Below are positions 13,459-27,444 of a stretch of DNA of 64,000 bases, piece after piece. This stretch comes from Eledone cirrhosa. Lineage: Eukaryota. Where the stretch lies: assembly GCA_964016885.1 (NCBI GenBank), contig OZ024741.1, positions 369,458,001 through 369,522,000 of the forward strand, read 5' to 3'. The notes beneath the pieces are model-generated. The model did no database searches, was not told the origin of the DNA, and worked only from the letters and a program-made list of their open reading frames with translations. Position numbers and translations under genes: made by a program. Every line of letters begins with the position of its first letter. The first letter of the stretch is position 1.

Positions 13459-16400
13459 ATCATCATCATCATCATCGTTTAACGTCCATATTCCACGCTT
13501 GCATGGGTTTAGACGGGGGTTTTCCCACTTGAGGCAAGAGTGGGTGTCTTGCTCCCATTGGACTATCTGGCGGGTTTTCTACAGCTGGATGCCCTTCCTA
13601 ACACCAACCACATTTACAGTGTGGGGCTGGGAGGTTTTTACCGTGTTGCCTACACGGCCACATTACAGCGTGGACTGTGTGTTTTTTTTGTCGTGACACC
13701 TACACGACCTTATTTGTTTCGGGCTGGATGTTGTGGTACCAACATAACTTTACATTGAAAGGGGTGGTGTGGGTGGGGTGGGGGTAGTGGGACGGGGGTG
13801 TATTTTGTCAGAGGTGCCTACTGACTGTAGTTGGTTTTACTTGTATTTAGGTAAGGCGGGTCTTCTCTATGACTGTGTAGCGCCAAAGATCTCGGTCCAG
13901 TGACATTGTGTTGGAGAGGTGTAAGTGTGTGAGGTCGGAATTTATCAAGTCGTCCCAGGTTTTTCTGGGTCTGCCTACTCCGTGGCTACCGTCTATTTTT
14001 ATTGCCCTGCACTTTTTTTATACAGCTGTCGTCTTTCATGCGCATCACGTGACCATACCAACGTAGCCTTCTCTCGAGTAAACAACATCTGATCCCTCTT
14101 ATTTCTAATTTTTCCTTTAGTTCGTTTATGCTTTTCCGTTCATGTATATTACTATTACACATCCAGCGGAGCATGCAAGCTTCGTTCCTCTCTAGTCTGC
14201 GTATATCCTCTGCACACAATTCTCAGGTCTCACTGCTATGCAACATTGCTGTTCGTATGCAGGCATCATGAAGCCTGCCTTTCATTTTTAGGGAGAACCC
14301 TTTAGCGGCTAATAGTGGTATAAGCTCTCTGAACTTTTTCCATCCAGTTCTGACTCTAGCTACTGTACTTTCAGAGCACCCTGCCCCACTGCTGATTTTG
14401 TCACCCAGGTAACGGAAGCTGTCCACTATTTCTATAGAACCATCTGTGCAATTGAAAGAGCTAGTATTCTGTGGGCACTTGCTGCTACTTATTGCACCAG
14501 AGCACCGGCCACATATAAAATCTATGTTCTTAGTTAGCTTACCTGTGATCCCACAACATCTTTTATGCACCCATACTTTGCATTTGGGACATAAAATGGA
14601 GTTTCTACCTACTCCTTTCCTACACACTGAGCATGGCAATTTGCCAGATGGGACCGGCGCCCTATTTTCCTTCATACAAACTAGAACTTTAGTCTTAGAC
14701 AGGTTAATTTTAAGGCCTTTTGCTTCTAGGCCATGCTTCCATGTTTGGAATTTCTTCTCTAGTTCGGCCATTGATTCAGCTATAATCGTTAGATCATCTG
14801 CGTATAGGAGTTCCCATGGGCAGCCGGTCTTGAACTCCACTGTTATAGCCTGAAGGGCAATAATAAATAGTAGGGGGCTAAGAACGGAGCCCTGATGAAC
14901 ACCAACTTTTATGCTAAACTCTTCACTATATTCGTTGTTAATTCTAACCTTGCTGACTGTTTCTTTATACATGGCTTGTATAACTCTCACAAGCCATTCA
15001 TTAACACCTAGTTTCTAAGAGCCCACCAGATAATGGAACGGGGGACTCTGTCGAAGGCTTTCTCCAAGTCGACAAAAGCTAAGTATAGGGGTTTACTTTT
15101 AGCTAGGTGCTTCTCCTGTAGTTGTCGTACAATGAAAAGAGCGTCTGTGGTACTTTTACCTGACACAAACCCGAACTGCATTTCATCTAGATCAATTCTC
15201 TCTCTGATTAGTTGCGCTATTACTTTTTCTGTGACCTTCATGACCTGGTCGATTAATTTAATGCCTCTATAGTTACTCTTATCTAGGACATCTACTTTAC
15301 CCTTGTAGCAGTTAATGATGATGCTGCTACGCCAGTCCTTCGGAACAACCCCATTCTGTATGACTTGGTTTACTATCCGGGTGACCATGGTGTGTCCCAC
15401 CATTCCAGAAGCTTTCAGCATTTCAGCAACTATTTCCGAAGGCCCAGCCCCCTTACCCGTCTTCATATCTTTAATTGCCTTACTTATTATACTACCTTCG
15501 ACTAACACTGCTGGTCCCTCTATTGGGTCGATGTGGGGGAGACTGTCTTTCTCCCATTTATTCTCCTCATTTAGTAGCCTTTCGTAGTGACACTTCCAAG
15601 CTACCTTCTTAAGTACACCATCATCATTAAGGACACACTTCTCTCCGACAATATCACGGTTTTCCTTGACACATTGCCTAGCAATCCTGAACACCTCACG
15701 TTTTTGGTCCTCGCGTTGTATAAAATGCTTGAACTTTCTTTCCTCTGCTTCCCTTCTTGTGAAGTACACTTGTCTCCTAGCTTCCCTCCTGGCCACTTGA
15801 TAGTCTTCTCTACTTCCCCCATACCGCCATACTTTCCAAGCTTGCTTTTTGGCCTTAATTGACTCCTCCACCTTACTGTTCTACCACCATGTTACTCTCC
15901 TCCTGCCTATAGGCCTGCTCCAGCCACAGACTTCGTCTGCCGCCATCAGCAGGTTTGCTTTCAGGAATTCCCACTGTTCCTCTATATTGTACGACTCTAA
16001 ATGCTCTTCCTTACTGTCGAAAGCATCAATCAATATGCTTTTAAATTTATTTCTCGCTGTGGGGTCCTTTAGCTTCCATATTTTTTTTCTGAGGATAGTC
16101 CTTTTCTGCTGTCGAGTACGTCATGTCCTGACTATGAGGTCGCTAATTATCAGTCTATGCTGGGAGGTGCATTCTTCATGGGGGAGGGATTTAGTGTTTA
16201 CAACAGACACTCTGTCACGTCTTCTGGTAAGGATATAATCTACCTGGCTGGTATGTTCCCCCGATCTGTAGGTGGTCAAGTGATTGTCTCGTTTTTTGAA
16301 GTTAGTGTTACAAATAGTTAGGTTATTTGCGTCACAGAATTCCAGGATTCTGGAGCCTTCCTCATTTCTAGGACCAAACCCATAGCCTCCGTGAATTCCG

Positions 16401-17526
16401 TCATAACTGTCACAATGTTGTCCAACGTAACCATTTAGGTCGCCAGCAATAATTATATAGTCACTGTCGGTTATTTGGGAGGTAGTGAGCATCAGTGTCT
16501 CATAGAAACTGTCTTTTATAGCGCCAGGCAGTCCGGATTGGGGCGCGTACGCAGATATTACCGTCACAGTAGTTCTATTTAGAACAAGTCTTATTTTAAT
16601 TATTCTATCATTCACTCTATTTACGTCTATTATCTTATCCACCCATTTTTCTGCTAACATGATTCCTACCCCACCTATCCCATTGTCATTTCCCACCCAG
16701 AAAAGCTTATAGCATCGATTTTTACCCACAATGAATTTAGCAGATCCTCCCCTCCACCTGGTCTCTTGGATACAGCAAACATCAACCTCCTTACGTTCAA
16801 GCATTTCTACAACCTCGTTAGAGCGGCCTTTTAAGGTGCCTAGATTCATGGTACCAACTCTGAAGTTTTGGATTGCGTTTGGTGGGTGGGGCGCAGGGAG
16901 GGGTGAGGGGATGGGGTTAGGGTTATGTTGGCCATCCGCGGCATGAGGTGAATTTGTCGTTATCTTTGGCATTGTCTTCGAGTGTCCAGATTCTTCAGAC
17001 TCTCCAGAAATTCCTTAGTCCATCCATCATATCGAAAAGCAACCAGAAGTGATAGCATAGGCCGTTGACTTGTGATTGGTCCAAATAAGAAAGGTGGAGA
17101 GTGGGGGCGGGTGGGAGGTGTATGGGGTAGTTAGCGAGGAGCAGGCTTATTTATATTTGGTGCGAGTAGGGAGAGAGGGGGAGTGAGAGAGAGATTGAGA
17201 GAGCGACGTATATGTTAGAGAGAGTGGGGGTGATAGCGATTTTAGAGGGCCGAGAGAGAGAGAGGCCATTTTTATGAATCTTGGAAAAATTTTCGGCCAA
17301 AATGGTAGCGAAAAGATTATTTAGAACTAGCGTGGAGAAGATTTTTTAGAACAGTGAGACAGAATTATAGAATAGCAATTAAGAAGTAGGATTTGGATTC
17401 TGGGCGATTATAGATATATGGATGAATGAACCGAAGGGTGGGGAGGCAAGGAGAGAATGTTATTTATACGTTACATTTCGTAGAAGCGGACTGACCATTA
17501 ATAAGAGTTGACAAATTCTGAGTTAT
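13459..17526 (-). mobile_element. RTE-clade LINE family A2, near full-length, disrupted
   Basis: APE 16121-16972 (GTMNLGTL, QETRW, GDLNG); RT 14223-15871 (DLEKAFD, GVHQGS, YADD, YLG); (GAT)n tail. Confidence 0.95.
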
Positions 17527-17533
17527 GTATATA

Positions 17534-17921
17534 TGACACAGGAACGATGTACTAGTTTCAAGCTTGTTAGCTATCATCAGCACCGTATACCCTTCTGCCA
17601 GATAGTTGAACGTTCGAAAGTATATACTTTCCTTATGAAAATTAACGGCTGAGCAGCCTAATTTGCATATCGAGTGAGTTAAGTCGGTCAGGCATACCGA
17701 AAACGATAAGTTGAAATAAAATGAAAACGAAATTTCATTTCTCACTCTTAGTACGGCACTTACTTAAATGTAAGTATGTGTGTATACGTACATACATATA
17801 TGTATACAGACGTACAGTAGCATGCATATATATATATATATATATATATAGATAATTTAATATATCAACTAACATAAGCGCACAGATGCACGTCCATGCC
17901 AGCAAATACACAGGTTATGTC

Positions 17922-17963
<42 letters not shown>

Positions 17964-17997
17964 CACGTACACATACATATATGCACGTATCAGTTTA
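17534..17997 (-). mobile_element. Non-coding HHR repeat with internal (TA)n, retrozyme-like, locus 1
   Basis: Homologous to 39382-39955 and 63601-64000 in permuted order. Confidence 0.75.
17544..17586 (-). ncRNA. Type I hammerhead ribozyme
   Basis: ACGGTG-CTGATGA-tAGCT.aaca.AGCTt-GAAAC-TA-GTA^-CATCGT; 6-bp stem I, palindromic stem III ACUAGU. Confidence 0.85.
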
Positions 17998-19118
17998 CCA
18001 ACCTTGTAATTATAAGTGATTATATATTATATTATGTTAATTATTTTATATTCTATTTGTTATTGTACTATCGATCCTTATCACTTACCGTTGATTATAT
18101 ATAACATTATGATATGTTAAATTTTATATATCATGTAAGAAGTTTAGATTTTTGTACCATCATAATTTTGGGCATTGTACAATTTATATTTTTTCTCACC
18201 TACTCTGTAACTCTATATGAATTGATTTGTTAACTCGCTTGCCATTGTATATTTTATATTATATATGTAATTATATTATCATTATAGTATTATTGTGACA
18301 TCTATATTGTTTGTGTAAATTAACCGGAGATTATCTATTATATATTATTATTATATTATATTATTATATTATATTATTATATTATATTATTATATTATAT
18401 TATATGGTATATTATTGTATAGTTTATTATATATTATATGGGCTACTTATGATCATATCATATTATTACCTCATGTATATTAGATATATGTATTATTACT
18501 ATTATTATTATTTTTATTCCTATCACGCTCATTTATATTTAAACTCTTAATAAGGTTTAATTTGTGCTGTTAAAGATGGATATGTGTATTGATGTATGTG
18601 TATATGTGCGTACGTGTGCGTACATATATACATATGTATATTGTACCTTTTAATTTTTATTGTAATTTTAATATAGTTACAAGTATATTATATTATATTA
18701 TATAGTATTATATATAATTCCCGCTCTATATAACCACCCTTGTTTAGCTTTAGTTTTTTTTTGCTTTGGACTATATTTGTAATATGGTTCTAAATGTTAT
18801 ACACCTCCTTAGTGATTTTTATTATATATTTTTACCCATAATCTTGCAATACTTTAGTGTATGTACACTCCATTTTCTTCGGAGTTTTCGGCTTATATAG
18901 GCCGATAATACTTCTTGTTGTTTTAATTGCCCTCATGAGTCCTTAATAGGACGAAACATTGTTGGCTAATAAAGACTTTTGATGTATTGAAGGCTTCTTT
19001 GTTTTACTTTCATAATTCTTCGGCTCTGTTTAATTACATTGAGCTATACCTTTTACTGTCATTTCTTTAATACGAAGAGGGTGTTTAACTCCAACACGCT
19101 CCAGTATTTTAATCGTTA
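17998..19118 (+). mobile_element. AT-rich PLE pLTR/3' UTR-like segment
   Basis: Contains an HHR plus AATAAA and ends in a TA run. Confidence 0.55.
18929..18966 (+). ncRNA. Hammerhead ribozyme, core mutated
   Basis: GCC-CTCATGA(G5>C)-GTCCT.taat.AGGAC-GAAAC-ATT-GTT^-GGC, then AATAAA. Confidence 0.7.
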
Positions 19119-19136
19119 CATATATACATATATATA

Positions 19137-20219
<1,083 letters not shown>

Positions 20220-20566
20220 TATACATATATATATATATATACATATATATATACATATATACATATATACATTTATAATTATACATTTATATATATACAT
20301 ATATATACATACATATATATATTCATACATATATATATATATATAAATATATATATATATACATATATATGTATATATGTATATATATAGGTATGTATAT
20401 ATATATGTATGTATATATGTATATATATGTATATATATAAATGTATATATGTATATATATATATGTATATATATATGTATATATATATATGTATATACAT
20501 ATGTGTATATATATATGTATATATATATATATGTATATATATATGTATATATATATATATACATAT

Positions 20567-20606
<40 letters not shown>

Positions 20607-20673
20607 GTATATATGTATATATATATGTATATATATGTATACGTATATATATATATATGTATATATATATGTA

Positions 20674-20702
<29 letters not shown>

Positions 20703-20710
<8 letters not shown>

Positions 20711-20999
20711 ATACTTTGGGAGGGTCATGTTGCCAATAAGAAACACACGCACCAGTTGCTTTCACTTCAATTTAATTTATTAAATATTTATAAATTTACA
20801 AATTTCTGGTTGGTTGGTTGGAACCAACCAACCAACCAGAAATTTGTAAATTTATAAATATTTAATAAATTAAATTGAAGTGAAAGCAACTGGTGCGTGT
20901 GTTTCTTATTGGCAACATGACCCTCCCAAAGTATAACAATATCGGTTTCAACACACGATTTCAGATAAAGAATCTTGCTAAACAAATTCAGAAACGAAA
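20703..20999. repeat. Perfect 240-bp palindrome (2-nt loop) plus about 57-nt right extension
   Basis: 20703-20821 / 20824-20942, centre (GGTT)3GG-AA-CC(AACC)3. Confidence 0.92.
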
Positions 21000-21153
21000 T
21001 ATATATATATATATATATATATGTATATGTATATGTATATATATATATGTATATGTATATATATATATCTATATATATATGTATATATATAAATGAAAAA
21101 TATAGAAATTGTTGTAGCGAGAAGCTAACAGTATTCCATAACATATATATGTA

Positions 21154-21232
<79 letters not shown>

Positions 21233-21260
21233 ATATATATATATGTATATCTGTATATGT

Positions 21261-21352
<92 letters not shown>

Positions 21353-21415
21353 GTTTATATATATATGTATATATGTTTATATATATATGTATATATATAT
21401 GTATATATATTTATG

Positions 21416-21446
<31 letters not shown>

Positions 21447-21542
21447 GTATATATATATGTATATATATATGTATGTATATATGTATATATATATATGTAT
21501 ATATATGTATATGTATATATGTATATGTTTATATATATATGT

Positions 21543-21575
<33 letters not shown>

Positions 21576-21668
21576 CATATACATGTATATATATGTATAT
21601 ATATATATATACATATATATACAAATATATAATATATAAGATCAAAAGATGGTTAAAATAGTTCCATG

Positions 21669-21739
21669 TATTTTATTATGCGCATTTCAAAAACAAATAT
21701 CATCATGCAATAACATTTGTGTTTTCATCAGATAAAATA
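21669..21739 (-). ncRNA. Type I hammerhead ribozyme
   Basis: TATTTTAT-CTGATGA-36-nt hairpin-GAAAT-GCGC-ATA^-ATAAAATA. Confidence 0.85.
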
Positions 21740-21864
21740 GGAAGACATGATATGAAGGTTAAAAAACACTTGTGAATAGTGCAGTTTTAAATCAACATAT
21801 CAAAATATCATATTTAAAACTGCACTATTCACAAGTATTTTTTAACCTTCATATCATGTCTTCC

Positions 21865-21932
21865 TATTTTATCTGATGAAAACACAAATGTTATTGCATG
21901 ATGATATTTGTTTTTGAAATGCGCATAATAAA
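21865..21932 (+). ncRNA. Type I hammerhead ribozyme, mirror copy
   Basis: CTGATGA 21873-79, GAAA 21916-19, ATA 21925-27. Confidence 0.85.
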
Positions 21933-22182
21933 CTACATGGAACTCTTTTAACCATCTTTTGATCTTATATATTATGTATACTCCAGTCCTACAAACTGTA
22001 GAGTGCTTCTTATCCGATATCTGCATTGCTTTATTGTACTACAATAAAACTCACCTCCTACATATACATATATATATATATATATATACATATATATACA
22101 TGTATATATGTATATGTATATATATATATACATATGTATATATGTACGTATATATATATATATCTATATGTATATATATATA

Positions 22183-22951
22183 TATCTATTTACGCTTTAA
22201 TTTATATTTTTAATTATCGTGTCTATAGTCTGCCTTTCATAGGTTATAGATTCCATACACTGGTGGTTCTTTTCCCTGGTTTATTGATAGCGCACTGTAT
22301 ATCTCTCTCTGGTGTGTTACCTTTCCAACATATTGTATTTTAAAGAGCTCAGGATTTCTTCTCCTTTGAGCACATTATTTACAAGGAATAGCGAGGGCTC
22401 CGTTAATTTATCGTGATATTTTGCTCCTTATACCAGTCTTTCCTATCTCTCTGTTTGGTTGAGCACACTTCTCTGAGTGGTTTTGGGCTGCCCTTTCTAG
22501 CAGCTCGTCCCTTAGAGGCCACTGGTTCACTGCCCTTAATGACACGGTGACTTCTCTCTCCCACGTTTAGCTGGACAGTCACTTTTGAAATTATCTTAGT
22601 GTTGTCTGAAATGTATAGACTTACACACGCTGAGGAACCGGGGTTATTCCATTTCTTTCAACAAATTACTGGGGAAACAGATCTCTTTGGATTTGTGCGT
22701 GTGTTATATAGTTATAAAGGTATCTATTTACCCTTTAATTTATATTTTTAATTATCGTGTCTATAGTCTGCCTTTCATAGGTTATAGATTCCATACACTG
22801 GTGGTTCTTTTCCCTCGTTTATTGATAGCGCACTGTATATCTCTCACTGGTGTGTTACCTTTCCAACATATTGTATTTTAAAGAGTACAGGATTTCTTCT
22901 CCTTATTTACAGGGAATAGCGAGGCTCTATGGCTCCGTTAATTTATCGTGA
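22183..22951 (+). mobile_element. Non-coding partial tandem repeat (538-bp unit, about 1.4 copies) with HHR
   Basis: 22183-22417 is repeated at 22721-22951. Confidence 0.8.
22624..22703 (+). ncRNA. Hammerhead ribozyme, cleavage triplet GUG (likely inactive)
   Basis: CACACG-CTGAGGA-..-GAAAC-AGATC..GATTT-GT-G-CGTGTG. Confidence 0.7.
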
Positions 22952-22963
22952 GATATATGTATG

Positions 22964-22995
<32 letters not shown>

Positions 22996-23038
22996 TGTGT
23001 GCATATATATATATATATGTATATATATATACATACAC

Positions 23039-23077
<39 letters not shown>

Positions 23078-23094
23078 CATATATATCATGTATG

Positions 23095-23147
<53 letters not shown>

Positions 23148-23217
23148 GTGTATATGTATATATATATATACATATATATATATGTTACTATATATATTAC
23201 TGCTATGTATATATATA

Positions 23218-23251
<34 letters not shown>

Positions 23252-23300
23252 CATATATGTTACTATATATATTACTGCTATATATATATATATATGTATA

Positions 23301-23339
<39 letters not shown>

Positions 23340-23341
<2 letters not shown>

Positions 23342-23526
23342 GATATTAATAAATGGAAACTATATTTATAAAACCATATTTATTTCATTATACATATTTA
23401 AGGGATACCAAATTAAATTATGGTATGCCTTCATCAGACAAAATACAGTATATAACAGTTTTACAAATAAGCTTTGACGTACCCTATTAAAATGCAACCA
23501 TTGTTTTTGGAAGTCATCCGGATATT

Positions 23527-23528
<2 letters not shown>
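23340..23528 (-). mobile_element. Short pLTR-like fragment with mutated HHR (GAAA>TAAA)
   Basis: Homologous to 46489-46668; HHR at 23381-23445. Confidence 0.7.
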
Positions 23529-23599
<71 letters not shown>

Positions 23600-23618
23600 A
23601 TGTATATATATATATATG

Positions 23619-23975
23619 TATTGGTAAACGGAATAGAAAATGCTGACAAATTGTTCACAGTTGAAAAATGGTTTAATTAGGAATAAAAGAGTATTAGTGA
23701 TTGTATGGGTTAGTATTCAGTTGTGGTTTTAAGTTTTTAAGTTTTTACCGGTTGCGCATTTCTAAATGCTTTTCAAAAATAATTTTGAGATAGAGTGTCC
23801 GTGTTGTTTGCTCTGATCTGATTAGTTTTGGGAATTCTACCTGTTTTTATGTTAAAAAAGTGGCTCCAATTTGCAAAAATTCTTGTGGTCAAAACAATTT
23901 TGATTGGTCGGTAGAGGTCATGTGAATAAAAAATTGGTTTTGCGCCAAGATTGAGAAATGACTCTTTCACAACAA

Positions 23976-24033
<58 letters not shown>

Positions 24034-24105
24034 TAGTAGTAGTAGTAAGGTGTTCGATGTTGTGATAATGGTTAGCAGCGATGTGTGTCAAATGGCTATT
24101 AAGAT

Positions 24106-24140
<35 letters not shown>

Positions 24141-24249
24141 GCAGAGTAATTTGTGGTGGCAGGGATGGTCAGTAAGAATGTGTCTGAAAGCAATGGGGGT
24201 ATTTTAGCATGTCAAAAGATATTTTTCAGCTTTTGTCTTATACGGAGAA

Positions 24250-24328
<79 letters not shown>

Positions 24329-24370
24329 AGTCTCTTTGTATGTTGATGTACGCGTGTGTATGTGTGTGTG

Positions 24371-24425
<55 letters not shown>

Positions 24426-24568
24426 ACCAGTATTTTTTTCCCCCTGGTAAAATGGTGTACATTATTCGATTTTTTCAGTAAAATCGGTTCTCTTAATAGA
24501 ACATCAAAAATCTTAACAAAAATAGGTGTGAAATGATATTCACTATATATATATACACATACATATAT

Positions 24569-24608
<40 letters not shown>

Positions 24609-25953
24609 CATATATACATATATATATGCACATATATTTTTTTGTGTTGCACCATAGAGCATGTGTGTTTACGTATGTCATTGTGTTTATATGAGGGTAG
24701 AGATGTGTGCTGATGTAGGTATGTATGTTGACGTGTGTATGTTGTGGGTTCGTCTTAGGGAGAAGTGTTTAGACGGGGTCCGTATTTGTTAATGAAGTAA
24801 GATTCCTTGCTGATGCGCTGGGTGTGGGTGGCATTATCTTTAAATTTGTAGAGGGGAAAGATTCTGAAGTTGGGATGATTTTGGGCGGCACAGGTATCAA
24901 TGTGTTCACTCAGTGGTATTTTCCTGTATTCCCGTATTTTGATTTGGGATCTATGGACAGTCATGCGTTGGCGGAGGCTGTTTTTGGTCTGGCCTATGAA
25001 TTGTTCTCGACAACCTGAACAAGTTAATACATATATTAGATTTTCCGATACACATGTGAAATTGTGTTTTACTATAAAACGTTGTCCATCTTTGAAATAG
25101 AATTCCGAACCCTCTATTAGGTTGATGCAAATGCCACAGTTGGGTCTATCGCATTTTTTTACTGTGGGTTTCGTTGTTGTGGTTGGCAGTACTTTGGCAT
25201 GTGTTAAGATGTTTTTCATTGACTTGGATTGTCTTTTGCTCTTTATGATATCGTGTGTTCGTAGAATTTGGTTCATTCTATGGTCCTTTTTCAATACAGG
25301 GATGTTCTGGAGGATGGTGTCAAAGGCCTCATTGTTGAGGGGGTTGTGTGTGGAGATGTATGGAAGAGCTTTTAGTTTTGGCCAGACCAAAAACAGCCTC
25401 CGCCAACGCATGACTGTCCATAGATCCCAAATCAAAATACGGGAATACAGGAAAATACCACTGAGTGAACACATTGATACCTGTGCCGCCCAAAATCATC
25501 CCAACTTCAGAATCTTTCCCCTCTACAAATTTAAAGATAATGCCACCCACACCCAGCGCATCAGCAAGGAATCTTACTTCATTAACAAATACGGACCCCG
25601 TCTAAACACTTCTCCCTAAGACGAACCCACAACATACACACGTCAACATACATACCTACATCAGCACACATCTCTACCCACATATAAACACAATGACATA
25701 CGTAAACACACATGCTCTATGGTGCAACACAAAAAAATATATGTGCATATATATATGTATATATGTATGTATATATATATATATAGTGAATATATGTATG
25801 TGTATATATATATAGTGAATATCATTTCACACCTTTTTTTGTTAAGATTTTTGATAGAACTATTAAGATTTTTAATAGAACAATTAAGAGAACCGATTTT
25901 ACTGAAAAAATCGAATAATGTACACCATTTTACCAGGGGGAAAAAATACTGGT

Positions 25954-25994
<41 letters not shown>

Positions 25995-26166
25995 CACACA
26001 CACATACACACGCGTACATCAACATACAAAGAGACTTATATATACACACACACGCACTTCTCCGTATAAGACAAAAGCTGAAAAATATCTTTTGACATGC
26101 TAAAATACCCCCATTGCTTTCAGACACATTCTTACTGACCATCCCTGCCACCACAAATTACTCTGC

Positions 26167-26235
<69 letters not shown>

Positions 26236-26738
26236 TTGTTGTGAAAGAGTCATTTCTCAATCTTGGCGCAAAACCAATTTTTTATTCACATGACCTCTAC
26301 CGACCAATCAAAATTGTTTTGACCACAAGAATTTTTGCTGGAGCCACTTTTTTAACATAAAAACAGTCTTGGCACAAAATCAATTGTTCACATTCACATG
26401 ACCTCTACCGACCAATCAAAATTGTTTTGACCACAAGAATTTTTGCAAATTGGAGCCACTTTTTTAACATAAGAACAGGTAGAATTCCCAAAACTAATCA
26501 GATCAGAGCAAACAACACGGACACTCTATCTCAAAATTATTTTTGAAAAGCATTTAGAAATGCGCAACCGGTAAAAACTTAAAAACTTAAAACCACAACT
26601 GAATACTAACCCATACAATCACTAATACTCTTTTATTCCTAATTAAACCATTTTTCAACTGTGAACAATTTGTCAGCATTTTCTATTCCGTTTACCAATA
26701 TATAATAACTTGTGTGTTACACCTCTATTCTTTTAACT
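23619..26738 (-). mobile_element. Penelope-like element (Neptune-like linker), 5'-truncated, with a 1.3-kb inverted 3' copy
   Basis: Arms 23619-24994 and 25380-26700; 385-bp unique spacer; 38-nt right tail; (CA)n-rich 3' UTR. Confidence 0.9.
24755..25378 (-). pseudogene. PLE C-terminal GIY-YIG endonuclease fragment
   Basis: CDRPNCGIC linker; LIYVLTC..C..QFIGQT..LRQRM..HR; E..FINKY...LN. Its C-terminal half is repeated on + at 25380-25619. Confidence 0.88.
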
Positions 26739-27333
26739 ATATATATGTATATATATATGTATATATATGTATATATATATATGAATATATATGTATATAT
26801 GTATATATATATGTATATATGTATATATATATGTATATATATATGTATATATATGTATATATATATGTATATGTATTTATATATGTATATATATATGTAT
26901 ATGTATGTATATGTATGTATATATATGTATGCCTGTATATATATGTATATATATATATATGTATATATATATATGTATATATATATATATGTATATATGT
27001 ATATGTATATATATGTATATATATGTATATATGTATATATATGTATATGTATGTATATATGTATATGTATGTATATATATATATATATGTATGTATATAT
27101 GTATGTATATATATATATGTATGTATATATATATACGTATATATATATATGTTTGTATATATATGTATGTATATATATGTATATGTATATATATGTATGT
27201 ATATATATGTATATATATATGTATGTGTGTATATATATGTATATATGTATATATATATATGTATGTATATATATGTATATATATGTATATATGTATATAT
27301 GTATATATATATGTATATGTATATATATATATG

Positions 27334-27382
<49 letters not shown>

Positions 27383-27444
27383 GTATATGTATATATATAT
27401 GTATGTATATATATATGTATATGTATGTATATATATATGTATAT

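Larger units (their letters stand above)
21629..22061. mobile_element. Fold-back insert with an HHR in each arm
   Basis: About 163-bp arms, about 19-nt loop, about 85-nt right extension. Confidence 0.88.

Noticed and set aside
26540-26575. TTGAAAA..GAAATGCGCA HHR-like motif in the PLE arm
   Set aside because: Stems I and II do not pair and NUH is missing; at best a decayed motif.
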